In this document: positions 34,864 to 49,300 of the stretch, piece after piece
Numbering within the stretch: position 1 is the first letter of the stretch
Layout of the letters: every line of letters starts with the position of its first letter
Assembly: GCA_903813345.2 (NCBI GenBank)
Contig: CAIIXF020000001.1
Coordinates: forward strand, 21,700,001 to 21,764,000
Origin: Owenia fusiformis
Lineage: Eukaryota
DNA: 64,000 bases
Reading direction: 5' to 3'
Made by a program: the position numbers and the translations under genes
Notes under the pieces: generated by a model
The model's database searches: none
Told to the model about the DNA's origin: nothing
The model's input: only the letters and a program-made list of their open reading frames with translations

Positions 34864-37800
34864 TCACACAGGCATTTGTGGACTCCTGTCATTATCCAAA
34901 TCCCGCACCTGGAAAATAGTGAAGAAATAAATATCAAATGAAAATCATGCAAACACTTTTGAAGAGAAAAGTGGATTTAAACGATCTTGATCTTCACCCT
35001 GGAATAGCCTGACAACGGTAAAGTCAGATACCGTTGTCACAAATGGCAGACATAACCATCGCTTCAATTAGATTTTCATAAACTGTATGTTTAATAGAGC
35101 ACCTAGACTAAATTCCTTTGGAACAACAATCAATCAAAGTGTTTAAAAACTCATTTTTCAGTTAATAATGTACCATCGAAATAAAGTCTTTAATTTAACC
35201 GATCAAAATGAGATACGGGACAGCGGACACTGTAATTACCATATGCCGTTGTCTTTCTAAATTACTCAAATTCAGACTCTGTGTCATTGACAATATCAAA
35301 GACGCTATATTGTGGCGATTCACGACTCAATTTGATCGAAAATGGGATATGAAACATTATCACAAGAGCTTAATGCAGGCACAGAATTAGCGACGATAAA
35401 ATCCCATGAAATGAGTACCAAGTGATTAAACAGTTGAAGCGACTGTTATGTCTGCCATTTGTGACAACAGTATCTGACTTTACTGTAGTCAGGCTATTCC
35501 GGTGTGATCTTGAGCTGACTGTAAAATAACTCACATCAAGTATCCAGATTGCCCGCTTGTGCCTCCAGTCTACATAACTTTTATATAATAATACTTGATT
35601 ATTCTTACATATTGCATGTCCTTATCTTATACAAAGTCCCTTAAAATGTTGATATTTTAACAGTTCTTGTACTAGTTTTATTTACTTATTAACTTATAAC
35701 CAGCAATATCTCTTACCTTAGGACATACACATGGTAGACAACAGCTGAGGAACTTCCGTAATAGTTGGAGTTCCCCGAAGAAAACGGTCTCGTAATATTC
35801 CATGAATGCGAGGAATATGATAAAGAGGCCAAATGAGATGAGGACAGTGAGCGTGACATGGACTGGAAACATTGCACTTCCCGGCTGAAAGTAAACAGAA
35901 TATCAAAATTGAACACCAACCACCACCACAAAAAAATTGGAGACCATAACAATGTGTCGCCACTTCTGGTGGTGACATAAACATCATAACATTTGACCAT
36001 TAGTAATTTAAAAAAAAATGTATTTTTTGAGGAATGACTTTTGGTGCGCAGTAATGCTGAGACTGCACTAAACTAAATAGCTGTACATTTATATGTTACA
36101 TACACATACATTGAATGTGTGATTGGTACTGGGTATGACCCTGCCCCCTAGCCCCCACCCTCCCATATTCACCAGTACATACATTGTACAAAGCATACAT
36201 TGAATATGCGTGGTACTTACTGGGTATGACTCTGCCCCCCTTCCCTCCCCCATATCCACCAGTACATACACTGTACAAAGCATACATTGAATATGTGTGG
36301 TACTTACTGGGTATGACCCTGCCCCCTACCCCCCATATCCACCAGTTCACACACTGTACAAAACATACATTGAATATGTGTGGTACTTACTGGGTATGAC
36401 CCTGCCCCCTACCCCCCATATCCACCAGTTCACACACTGTACAAAACATACATTGAATATGTGTGGTACTTACTGGGTATGACCCTGCCCCCTACCCCCC
36501 ATATCCACCAGTTCACACACTGTACACAACATACATTGAATATGTGTGGTACTTACTGGGTATGACCCTGCCCCCTACCCCCCATATCCACCAGTTCACA
36601 CACTGTACAAAACATACATTGAATATGTGTGGTACTTACTGGGTATGACCCTGCCCCCTACCCCCCATATCCACCAGTTCACACACTGTACAAAACATAC
36701 ATTGAATATGTGTGGTACTTACTGGGTATGACCCTGCCCCCTACCCCCCATATCCACCAGTTCACACACTGTACAAAACATACATTGAATATGTGTGGTA
36801 CTTACTGGGTATGACCCTGCCCCCTACCCCCCATATCCACCAGTTCACACACTGTACAAAGCATACATTGAATATGTGTGTACATACTGGGTATGACCCT
36901 GCCCCCTACCCCCCATATCCACCAGTTCACACACTGTACAAAACATACATTGAATATGTGTGGTACTTACTGGGTATGACCCTGCCCCCTACCCCCCATA
37001 TCCACCAGTTCACACACTGTACAAAGCATACATTGAATATGTGTGTACATACTGGGTATGACCCTGCCCCCTACCCCCCATATCCACCAGTTCACACACT
37101 GTACAAACCATACATTTAATATGTGTGTACATACTGGGTATGACCCTTCCCCCTACCCCCCATATCCACCAGTTCACACACTGTACAAAGCATACATATA
37201 TATGTGTGGTACTTACTGGGTATGCCCCCCCTGCCCTCCCCCATAAGCACCAGTACATACACCGTACAAAACATACATTGAATATGTATGGTACTTACTG
37301 GGTATGACTCTGGTAGGTTCCACTTCATGGCGTAGCCTTTGATAAAAAGAATAACTGCAGCTATGAACACAATCATGCTCAGTATCGTGAGTAGGAAAAA
37401 TCTGTATACCTGAAGACAAATGATTATTTTAGATTTAATACAATCAGTTTTACTAAAACAGTTCATATGTGTGTCTTAAGGTATTTATCATAGAATTATG
37501 CACCTCATTGAAATCCTGTATTCTGAAAGCTTAAATGCATGTTACTGTACAATGACTTTTAAATTTTCAGATATTTGAGGAATTTTTTGTCTTCTATTCT
37601 AAGCATACCCCTAGGTGTCAGAGAAAAGGATGTCTAAAATCTAGAAAAGCACCTGATAAAATATCATATGTGATGCATATGGCAGAATACTTGAAATATC
37701 ATGTGCGATTACCAAACACAAAAACATCATGAACGTGAGATGCAGTGCATGATGAAGAAGTGGGTTCATTTACTGTCCCATAAGTACTGTCATTTTCTAT

Positions 37801-39351
37801 ATATCTACTGTACATAATGTGCCACTGCATTAAGAAGACCAACAGAAGTGCCACCAGATCTTAATGATCTCATTTCAAACATGATTTATGTAGCATCCAC
37901 CTGACCACTCATCCACTTACACAAACCATCGGTACAACACAATGACAAAATACACTTTTCAAAGTGTGATAAAAAATGGGTCTAGAAAAAGGTAGAGAAG
38001 AACTTACTGTAGACTGTCTTTTACTGATGGAAGACCTCACTGCTGTGCTTCCTGTGATGATTAACTTGAATAAACAAACACCAGAGTAAAATACATGTAT
38101 AAAAATTGGAGCAAAATTGGAACATTTTACAGTATTTTGAATAAACTTTTTTTATCAAGAAACATGTACAAGGATTATGGGAATGTAAAGTCATAGATTG
38201 GATGTGGAAGGGACACATTAATAATTATGAATAACACTGTACATGTAGCCACTTAAACATTGCATTTGACTTGATTCATTTAACACTTTAAACCAAATAA
38301 TGTTCATCCTCCTTGCATACATTATGAAACATGGCACTGGTATATGGAAACTTTTAATGCAATCTATTATACACTCACGATTGCACCTGTCCATAGACCA
38401 ACTCCAAACAAATTAGCATGCCCTAAGTTCCAGGTATATAGACTTCCACTTGTATCATCAAATAGTGGAATGACAAACACCTCGGCAACACCTGGAATAT
38501 AGAAAAAATTATGGCAATCAACTCCCTCTCTCCCTTCTGCAAATTCCCCCTTGAATATAGGATAAATCTCCCCCTTGAATATTGGATAAATCTTACTGAA
38601 TTCCCTAGGAAGAGTAAGACAAATCAAATGTCAATAGGAATAGAATAAACATTTCTTACTGTAAGAGGCTGAGAATTTAGATTATCTATCCTGAAATCTG
38701 TTTTATGAAATCTTGAATCGGTTCAATGACATGGTACACTGAAACCCAGAGGATAGTTTAACTCTCCCTTACCCTTTTCAGATAAAACCTTCCCTCATAG
38801 ATACATAGTCAAACTTTTGCAAAGGGATGTCAAAGGAAAGTTCATAGATACATAGTCAAACTTTTGCAAAGGGATGTCAAAGGAAAGTTCATAGATACAT
38901 AGTCAAACTTTTGCAAAGGGATGTCAAAGGAAAGTTCATAGATACATAGTCAAACTTTTGCAAAGGGATGTCAAAGGAAAGTTTGATGCATTTAGTCATC
39001 TTACTGGTGATTATTTTGTTTCTTGGATTGTCAGACTTGTGGTTGGACCTCATTGTTACATATAATATGTGACCCTACAATTAATCATCATTTCTAAATA
39101 GAAAACTGTTAATCAAACTAACCTGCTAAAACAAGTAAGAATCCAGTTACAATTTGAACTATTCCTATATTGAGTGGCCATTTCTCCAGATCAGAAGCCC
39201 TTGGCCTGATGTACTGTGGTGGATTATGGAATGATGCCCCAGCATTGGGGAATGTGGTTAGTGTCCCTCTGACATTAGACGGGGTATCATCAATGCTAAT
39301 TTCAACTTCATCGACCTCCTCCAGGATAGGGTTGGTGTCGACAGTTGCCAT
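34864..39351 (-). CDS. Four-transmembrane CD20/MS4A-like protein; 6 coding exons, 240 aa
   Basis: Exons 39351-39123, 38491-38379, 38064-38008, 37409-37299, 35884-35717 and 34908-34864 are GT-AG and phase-consistent (723 nt). Motifs IGIVQIVTG and GLWTGAILIITGS resemble MS4A TM1/TM2; a Cys cluster follows TM4. An acceptor at 39367 implies an upstream UTR exon. Confidence 0.82.
34995..35506. mobile_element. MITE with about 75-bp TIRs, CAC...GTG ends and a 5-bp TSD (Transib-like signature)
   Basis: caccctggaatagcctgac..gttgtcacaaatggcagacataac pairs with gttatgtctgccatttgtgacaac..gtcaggctattccggtgtg. ATCTT is duplicated at 34990-34994 and 35507-35511. Confidence 0.82.
35938..35980 (-). repeat. 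Solo, diverged HINE terminal hairpin module
   Basis: ggagaccataacaatgtgtcgccacttctggtggtgacata matches the hairpin module with 3 substitutions; no satellite is attached. Confidence 0.8.
36105..37310 (-). repeat. 83-bp GC-skewed minisatellite (about 14 units) spanning the exon 4 donor of the MS4A-like gene
   Basis: Unit on the minus strand: gtcataccca|gtaagtaccacacatattcaatgtatgttttgtacagtgtgtgaactggtggatatggggggtagggggcagg. Central units are nearly identical. Confidence 0.95.
38796..38983. repeat. 47-bp perfect tandem repeat, 4 copies
   Basis: catagatacatagtcaaacttttgcaaagggatgtcaaaggaaagtt at 38796, 38843, 38890 and 38937. Confidence 0.95.
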
Positions 39352-39434
39352 CTTGAATCAGTACACCTGGATCAATTTAGAAAAACATTCATCAATATCA
39401 TCATGTAATATGGTCTGAATAAGGTTATACTTAA

Positions 39435-41212
39435 AGTTGTACTAAAACCAATTGAAGAAATTCTTATTATGTTGTTTTGAGCACAAATAGCATCCCTTTT
39501 GTTATTTTGGTGACAAAGCTTGAATATTTCCCCACACAACATGATTTATCAAGATAAGACTGTCAACCTCTGAAATGTTGTTATTTTTGCGCACTTTTTG
39601 AGGTTACCTGACCATGTCGTAGCGTGTGCCAAGTTATTCTGGCGCTAAATCGAAAAGTTGTTGTTGCAAACTACTATGAAGGCTGAACCTAAGTAGAAAT
39701 ATACATTAGTTCCACATTCACATGCATTCCAATAAAATATTTTAAATTGATTGAACTTCACAAAAAGAAATTCTTGAGGAAAGAGGACTGCAATATTATT
39801 CATTACATACACAAAGAATTGATTGAAATGATTTTCCGAAACCGTGTACCGATAACTGAAAATGTTAATCCAATAATTTTATTTTGGCCTCACAGCATTA
39901 CATTCAGGTTCAAAAGTTTTAATCCCCAAACACTGGCAATGTTGCTGTTATACAGGGTGTCAAATAAGTCCTGTCCCCCCTGCTACAGCTAAGACCGTAA
40001 TATTTGGTACCTAGTGTGATATACCATTGGAAAGATCGTCCAAAGTTATGTTAACTCACCAACTCTCAAGTATTTTGGATAAAATTCACCTATATTTTGA
40101 TGATGTTCTTTATAGATAGTGTAGCCTGCTTAAACAGCTTTTATTACGTCAAAATGAGAAGGATATGACCTCAGAAATATGTCAAAAAGTTAACCTTTTT
40201 CGCATTCCACTTTCACCCTTGGTATACGCAGCTAACGAAAATTGACCGGTACGGGTCAAAAGCTGGACCGGTACGGGTTAACGGTTTTATTTGAATTTAA
40301 AACAGCCATAACTTGCTCAATATTGACTTCCTCGTGTCTAATTTGAAATATATGATGCCTTCCGATGCCTCTAAGTACCCCAATTTTTTACAGATTTTTA
40401 AACGGACCAAAACTCTCTAAATGCGCATTTATGCTCTTGTCTCATTTTCACGATAACTTTTATTTAGTACTTCTAACATATAAGATCTATTTTTCCCCAT
40501 CAAGGTATGATGTAAATGACATGCTATTTACATCTTCTCGCAGCAAGCAGGATGAAATTCTTTGTCACAAAGTTTGGCATTTTTTATAAAATCAAACCCG
40601 CATCATTGAAACTCACAAGATGTACCTCAATTGATACAATGTAAAAATTTGTGAGATTGATTGACATGTGTCAGATATATGCCAATCAACGTAACTTTGG
40701 AAGAGCTTTCCAATGATATATCACACTTGGTACCACATATCTTGGGTTGGGCTGTTGAGGGGGGAGGGGACTTATTTGACACCCTGTATAACGTACATTC
40801 TTTCAATAGCGTTTCAGCTCGATTGATTCCGCACTCAATTGCAAGTGATATTATACCCTTTGCAAAATTGATGAGTTTAGCCTCTATCATGCAATAATTG
40901 GCTCAACATAAGAGCAAATAACTCGTTTTCGAAAGCCAGGGTTTCATTTTTATCTACAAAATCATATTTCGCAGCAAATTGTTTCAACCATACACGTCAT
41001 GTCATATGACATAAAATTTCTGCTCTGAAAATGAAATCAGTTTTGCTGTGAAAACAGACACGAGCTGACTTTTTATCCCCGCTATCATGCTATAAAGAAC
41101 TTTTGAAATTGTTGATGGTTCACCATCGTAAAGTATGGCAACAATACGGTAAGATAGCATGAATATATCTCAAGTAAAATGATAAATCGAGTAAAACGGT
41201 TTGAGTACAACT
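39435..41212. mobile_element. Putative Kolobok-like non-autonomous element with TTAA TSD
   Basis: ttaa|agttgtactaaaacc ... ggtttgagtacaact|ttaa: short TIR with one mismatch, purine-purine start, TTAA on both sides. Confidence 0.6.
39953..40786. mobile_element. Tc1/mariner-type MITE nested in the preceding element
   Basis: TA|cagggtgtcaaataagtcc ... ggacttatttgacaccctg|TA, with imperfect arms of about 110 bp. Confidence 0.85.
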
Positions 41213-42054
41213 TTAAGAATGAGAATGGAGACTGTCTACCACTGTTCTAACTCTGTCTATGATAATTACTGTAAAACACTTTAAATTATCGGGAGCAATT
41301 TTCGCAGATTTATAGATTTGATTCTTTTCGCGTATTCATGTTTTCGCGATTTGCCACCATGATACGCGAATAATAAAGCCATTCTGTGTTGTAAAATGAA
41401 TGTTAACGAAGGTTATTGTTAAATTACATTGAATTGTGATAAGAAATAAAACCTGCTTCGGAAAATATTGAGTGCAAGATATGATTGTTTGGGATTATTA
41501 TTCTAGTTGGTCGTATCTCAGGGTATTATCCTGTTAATTAACTTGTCACGATTGCCACCTGTTGTTTTTCGATTGAAATAAGTTCATTTTTGAATTATCT
41601 ATGTCAATTTACACGCAGGCATAGGCTTTCAACTCGAGTCTCTAGCCAATTCCATCTGGAACACCGTGAACACTCAGTGGCCATAGAATATGGTAAACGC
41701 AGGTGATCAATGTCCCATGAAATAGGAATACTATTTGTGGTGAACAGTGATTGGAACCTACCTTTCAACCAGCCATCTATATTTCTTTGAAAATGCAATC
41801 CAAACACAAATTAGGCCAGACAGGACTTATTTAGCTACCAAAATTTTCAAGAGGGGAGGGGGAATAGGAAGAATTCAAAATTTTCTCAAGGGATTTGGAT
41901 TCTACAAAATAAGACGTATATGTGGCCCTTCAATGAACATATTTACCTGTATACAGAATTCAACTTCAATGTGTAAGTTCGTTCTCAACGGTGCATTGCG
42001 TTAACTTTCATAATATCTGCAATTTTTAAAAAATTGACATTTTTTTCTGGTTTT

Positions 42055-42145
42055 TCACCCGTCCACCATTTTGAGGGATGCCCCAGTGACGTCATTTTTG
42101 TATGTTTCGGAATTCCCCGCTTTGGTCAGCGTGCGAATCGTTGAA
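42055..42145. promoter_or_regulatory. Candidate promoter core between the divergent MS4A-like and CCDC60-like genes
   Basis: Local CpG-rich patch with a YY1-like ccaccattttg and a perfect CRE TGACGTCA (42087-42094). A strong donor cag|gtaaga at 42694 suggests a + strand UTR exon. Confidence 0.35.
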
Positions 42146-43392
42146 TTTGATTTTTCGGGAATTTACAATGAAAGTTAGTCCCGATACAACTTTAAAAGTA
42201 ACGCATTAGTGTTAGTTTTGTGTATTAAAGATTGGGAAACTTTTGAAATTGCCGCCAAGAAAGGTATTGTATATTTGTCACCATGCAACTCATTGACTTT
42301 ATTTACCTGGCTGTTTATTTTAGAATTGTTACTCCCTATCATTACATTTTTAATTAAATTTGATTGATAAATATTTAAATATTGTCTTTGCAAATTTAAG
42401 GCATATCAATTTCTATCATTCAAAGATAAAAGGGCATATTATAAATTATACGTCGACAAAGTTTTGTTTATTGTGCATTACAATTTGAATTCAGTAAGGA
42501 GGGCCACGTTTGAGTAATGGAAGAGCAAATCTGAACTTCCTCCAAATGAAAAATTGTTAAAAATGTGATGTTTTAGATCTCTAATTTCTAACATGATTTG
42601 TGACGTTCATGTACGATGAAATTACTAGAGATTATGGCAGGGGAGATGTGATATATTTAGGATCTCAAAGTAATAATTGTCGTGTTTGAGCAGGTAAGAA
42701 TTCTTCAACTGAAGTTCTATTCACTTTACAAAAATTTTTACTGTACATTTCCAATTTTCTAGCTGTCTCTTCTGGATGTATTAAAGTGATAAGTTATGGT
42801 CTCAGGCAAGGATCAAAATGTCATGATAATAATTAAGAAATTATTGGAAAAATAATACACATTAATATCATGATTTATAATCAATACCTCGATCTTGCTA
42901 TTCTGGCTAGATGACATTGCAAAAAGAGCCAAAAGAGCATTGCGTGCAAATTTCCTAGAATCGGATGCGTTACGTAGTATTTTTGCTAATGGACTAATCA
43001 AATTGCGAGGCACATGCATAATAGCCAAAGAAGAAATGGAAATGAATTTTACCTTCAGAACCCACTGTTAATCAGCAGCATACAAAGATGATTATAAATG
43101 TTTATTGAATTTCATCCTTGCAGACTGGTCAGTGATTTACAATAGTTTGGGAAAAAGTTATTTGCGATTTGCGAGCTAGAAGATCAGTATAAGTTAACCT
43201 GACGAGCTTCAAAAAAGCTCTTCAGTAGCTGAAATGTTAACACCAAGTGAATACTTTAAGTTGGTTAGATCCAAAACAAACACAACTCATCGAGATACAT
43301 TTCAATTCACATGCATATGGCAATATTGCGTTTGTCAGATTCATTATTGAAGTATTATTGAGTATGTTTGTGTATCTCCAGGTTGCAGAAAG

Positions 43393-46300
43393 ATGCCTGG
43401 TCACCAAGCTGATAATCCTCGAGGTTACATTCGCTCCCAGACTCTTCCAATACCATCTGACAAAGGAATAAAAATCCAAGCAAGGACTTCTCATTTTTAC
43501 AACCCAACTCTTCCAAAGAGGGAGGAGATACGTAAGAAAAATTATGACAGGCGTTATGCCCAAAGGACAGAGCAAGGGTTCAATTCTGCAAACTACAAGC
43601 CCTACCAGGGTATAGGGGATCCGTTCTTTCTTAGTGAACGCAAGCTCATCTTAAGTGCCTTAGGACAATGGTCTGATGAGGTAAGTTATTAATCATATGA
43701 CCCATTCTGATTGTCTCCTGAAGGAGATACTTCCAATGCTTGTAAAACTACCCTTTTAAAATGGTTATTTAGAAGTTCTATGGATTCTGAATGAATCTTG
43801 TTTGGGAGGGGTTTAAAAGGCCATTTTAGAACTTTGAGTGCAATTAGTGAAACTGTTCAGTGAATTTACCTGGATTTTCAAGACTCAAGGCTAAATAAAT
43901 GTAATGATGACTAGCAACAAGTTTAGAATAGGAATACATACATGTATGTTCACATCTTGTACAAGTTGATTATAATATGGTTTATGTAATCATGGACACT
44001 GAGGCCTAAAATATACACTGTACTTTCATATCTTGTTTTGTGTTTTATTAATGTTGACCTTCGTGCTTTCCCATTGTATTTTATTTTGTGAGACTTTTTA
44101 ATTAGTGGCGGAAATTACAATTCTACTTGTTGGTTGCCAAGTAGCTATTTGTCTGAATGTCATATTTTATGTCTCTCGCTTGAAAACTGAAGTTCACATT
44201 TGTTTGATGTAAAAGCTCTGTATTGATTTGCTGTTAATGCCAGATTTATCCATTTCTAACACGCCAACAAATATTGAAAACCATATGTGGAGTAAACAGG
44301 GTAATTTAGTAAGATTAAATGCACTTCGGTCTATTAATCAATATATTTTTCTTTGAAAGGTTTAAATAGTGCAAGATATTTTTAGATATTTTGATTTAAT
44401 AAACGTGAAGAATGGCACGTAACTTACTTCTATTGTTGAAAAAGAACTATATTTTTTTTATGATTTTTTGTTCATATCAAAAGAAAATATCTTTATATAA
44501 ATATCCTCTTGGCTTATTTATAGAGAATTTTTAAGAGCCTTTGTTGATCTCAAAGGAACATATTTTTATTTTTATTTATTGCCTGTATCCCTGATGTCAT
44601 TTTGTATTTGATTATCCCCCACGTTGGCTAACAATTCGATATACAAAAAGAAAATTTTCTTATGTTCTTATATGAAGGTTAAGGTTTGTCTTTTTTCTGA
44701 AAAAACACCCTGATAGCTCTTGGTGTTTAATGATTATCTCATTTTATTAGATCTTAAATCTTAAAGGTCAATGAGAGTTTTTAGTTCTGAAGTAAGCTAT
44801 TGATCAATTCATTGTATGTTAAGTATGCTACCAGCTTAAAGGGAGTAAAAGGGATAAAGATGAGTTGAGAGTTTCAATTATCACATTTTATCACAATAAT
44901 GTTTGCTTCATCGATCCAGGTCAAGTCTATTTTATAAAAAATCTAACAATTCTGACTTTTACTTTGAATAATCCTTTAATTGTCAATTAGAATTATGAGG
45001 GAAACATCGGGATGAATTTTTTTTTTAAATATCGCTTTCAACATTTTAGACTCCGTCTCTATCTCTTATAATTCCTTTAACAAGTACAATTGCTGCATGG
45101 CAGTATTAAGCTTGTTATCATTAACTGCTCTGAATGGCTCTTAGAGAAAATAATTATAAATTATTAATGAAAGGACTATAAATCAAATACTGAATTATTG
45201 ATATTATATGTGTATATGGGTATAATCCAGCCAACCAGCGGTGATGGATATATACAATCTAAGAATTTATGTGAACTCGATTATTTATGTAGATGGATTC
45301 TTGGTGAATTTGTAAAATTTTTGGATTGCAAGTTACATTGTAAATCAAACAATTTATCTATCTCTTTTCTTGTTGGGTTTCCTTAAAGTTTTTAGTCACC
45401 CTTCCCTTTTGGCATTTGTGCTTATATATTCTTGAAAGGGACTCGTTATTGAATAAAATGTATCCTAGGATTGTATACTACTACTAGTATATTCATCATT
45501 AAAGAAACCATTCGCTTCAAGTGTCCTCATAGTTTCAGATGTAAGTTTGTTACTACCTTGAAACTCCTCCATGCTTTTTTTTACTATTATTTTTATATTT
45601 TTCTCTGTTATACTTTTTCTTAATTAATATAGAGAGCATTAGCTAAAAATAGTACATGTTTAGTGCTTGGCTGCAGTAGCTGAAGTGATTAGATGATCTA
45701 GACATAATTAAAAGTTCATGACCTTTGCATGAACTGCAGAACCAGATGGCAACCTCTATAATTTAAATCTATTTCAAATGAAATTAAATATAAAGATTAA
45801 TCCCACAATGCACCATTAATGAATCCTTTTGGGATATTTATCTGTGCTCATTTTTGTTTTGGATCATAGAGATTCATAGCCACAGGTAATTCTTTGTATA
45901 TTATATAGATTGGATCACTGTCATTTCCTCTAAAATTCTCATAAAAGATAGTAAAAGCTAAAACACAAGTACTCGATATATTCTCAATAAGGCAAGCCAA
46001 ACATTTCATCAAGTGAAACAGATATACATTATACATTTGTTTATAACAGATTAAATATATGTTTATAGGAAGATGAGGAGTATAGTACTAGTTCAGAAGA
46101 TGACAATACAAATGAGGAAGACCCACTTGCCAGTGACAATAATCCAAATCTGGTAAGTAAGATACAGTAAAACTTATATTTCAGAACACCTCTCTAATAG
46201 AAACATCTCTCAATATGAACACATTTTCTTGATCCCAAGTTTGTTATCTCCAATTTACTCAACATTTAAAAAACCTTAAAATGTGAACACCTGCTAATCC

Positions 46301-49300
46301 AAACTCTTTTGGGCAGTCCCAGTTGCGTTCTGGTAGGTTTATAAACCTACTCAGTGCTAAGAGAAAAGAAACAGGACCCAGTTGGTACCTCTTTAACTGG
46401 ACAATGATGATGTGTTGCAGATTTTATCTCTAGAAACCTCGTTTTCATCTGACTGTATTTCCAAATTGCAACCCAGTGTTGGAGATGCAACAATATATTT
46501 TTAAATGATTGTCAAGATCAAGAAAAGTCAGAGAAAACCGTAATCGGGAAATTTCAGAATTTCCTCAAAATGGTTAAAATAGTCGGGAAATTTTAGAAAT
46601 TCCAAAAACTACTATAAGGTTATTACAATATTATTGACCTTCATTGCCAATACTTTAATAGAAATACAGCTCTTTAATATGAATACAACCATGAAACACA
46701 ATAGCTCTGATCTACTGGTCAAATATCAATATTTTCTATTTGCAGACCTGGAGAACACATTGGATGTGAATTCATTATTATTCATCTGCATTTACCTCTT
46801 AATCTATAACGAGTTCTTTAGTTTGAAAAGACGGAACAAGTTTGTCAATAAGAAACCTCTGTTGCTAGCTTTTAGCTCATAATGGTGCCTTAGTTTCTAA
46901 TGAATGATATAAATATATCTATTAATAATGTTGAAATGTCTATAATTGATTTTGGTTCGTAGCACTCATATTTTACTTGAAAATATTAACGAAATTAGAG
47001 ACTTGTGAAATGATGATGTTTTCCTTAAATAAGAGATATTAATGTATAAATTTTTGTGAAGATCAAGCAATGTCCATATTCCATCAACATTTAGTATGTG
47101 AAACCTGTTAAGTGAAACACTTCTAGAAGCGGAACACCTCTGTTACTAGAACAACACTGAACCTGTATAAATGGAACATTTTTTAGAAGTACCAAATATG
47201 TTCCACTTAGACAGGTTTTACTGTATATACTGTCTTTGAAAAGTTAATGTTCTATTCCAAAATGACATAAGCATCATGAGCGTCATTTAGGCCTGATGGG
47301 CCCAGTTTAGATCCAGATCCTTCTTAATACTGGTAAAGGTTGAGGATTCTGCAGAAAAGTAAATTATCTGTACATGTATCTGGTTTTGTGCAGACATTTT
47401 GCGGTTTCTTACTTATGTGGTCATATAGCCAGTTGTACACATTGGTATTTTGGATTCTAGCAAATCCCCTAATGGTATCATCTTGAAATCCAATTTTTCA
47501 AACAATTCATGTTTAAACCAGTGGTTCATGAACCCAAATAAATAGTTTACTCAAATCTTATTTAGGACTGCGGGTGGGCTTAGGTAAGACTGGGACAAGT
47601 ATAGGAACTCTTTGTACTGCCCACCAGTGTGTAAGACTGTGTTTAAAATTATTTGAACCAGACCTACCTTTAAACATGGAATTAGACTTTATTGATTAGA
47701 TAAAATGTTCCGATCTCACAAGCAGTTCAATAGAACCATATGGGGTATTCATTGAGTGATTTCAATAGAGTTTTACCCTTATATTGTGAGACTGCTCAGC
47801 TATGATATGCTCTGATATAAAGTCTTGAATTATTTTATTTTAGGCTTGTTCAAGATTGAATCATTGTGTTTAATAAACCAATCTATTTCAAAAATAGCCA
47901 TTGGGTTGTTCAAAAAGTTTTGAATGAAAGCCTCTCAAAAGATATTTTTAGTTGTTTTCTTTTTCAAAAGTGATATTGATCACTGTGTCATCCTCTTTGT
48001 CACCATATCAACCATTAAGTGTTAATTAAGAAAAGAGTATACATGTACATGAAACCAATAGCAGTAGAAGTGAATTAGGTGGGGGCAACTACCCGACAAC
48101 AAGAACAAGATTGGTTCATTATTTTAATAGCTAGAAATATTTCTGTCAAACATTTTGAATGACCCTGATATTAAATGTCCTTTGGGAAAAATAAGAAAGC
48201 AAATGCAAAAGCATTTGAAATATTATATGGATGGACGTTTTGAGTAAAACAAAGATAATCTGAAAATTGAAAAAACGACATATTTGATGTTCACAAAAAC
48301 AAATGTATAGATGTATATAGCCATTATACATATAATATATATACAGTAAAACCTGTCTTTGTGAACACCTATGTCTAGTGAATACACAATAATTGAAAGT
48401 GAAAGAAGGAAAAGAAGAATAAGAAAAATAGAGAAAAAATATTTTATACTTCATTGTTTTCAGTACATCTACCTCTGCATTAAATACATGACAAAAACAT
48501 TTAGAAACATATCTCCACACCATTGATTTATTTTAATGAACTCAATACCTCTAACATGTTACCTCATAGACTTTTATTCAGCTGTCATCAGATTATTTCT
48601 TATCAGATTATCTACTGAACATTTTCTTTAAAATATAATGTTCTAAATAAATATTGTTTGTAAGGAATGAAAACAAAATTCAAATTAATGAAAATCTAAG
48701 AGTAGGTCAACAAGATGGTGTTTGAAGGTTACACAATATCCTATTAATTTAATATTTTAATTCAATATTTTGCTTCAAATTAGGTACAACTTTAAATGGG
48801 TCTTATTGAAATGTCAAGAATTGTTAATATAAACCAGGGTTGAAATTGTTGTATGGATCAAGTTTGAGTATTGCTTTAAGGATTTATGCTTATGTTATGC
48901 TAAAGCTAAGATATCAATCAATTGATAGAATTGTTATAAATTGAACTTCAAGTTATTATGTTTTAAACATATTTGGTTTCATGTGATTCCCAAAATATTT
49001 ATAACATGAAATCTGTCATATTTCTCCAAAATCCAGTTCTTATAAAAAATATATTTTTATTATCTCACGGTGCAGGTAGATGACACAAATTATATACCTC
49101 CAATTGACAGTCATATTGTAGTATTTTAAATGAGGCGCTACAAAAAAATTATTTATAATTGTAATAAATTATTATGTCACCACCAAAAGTGGTGACATAT
49201 TGTTATGGTCTCCGTTTTTTTTATGTCACCACCAAAAGTGGTGACATATTGTTATGGTCTCCGTTTTTTTTTATGTCACCACCAAAAGTGGTGACATATT

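Noticed and set aside
36089-37466. Many overlapping 61-135 aa ORFs
   Set aside because: Translations of the 83-bp minisatellite; only 37409-37299 is a supported exon.
42276-42290. gtcaccatgcaac as an RFX X-box for a ciliary gene
   Set aside because: Imperfect match to the consensus and the start site is unknown.
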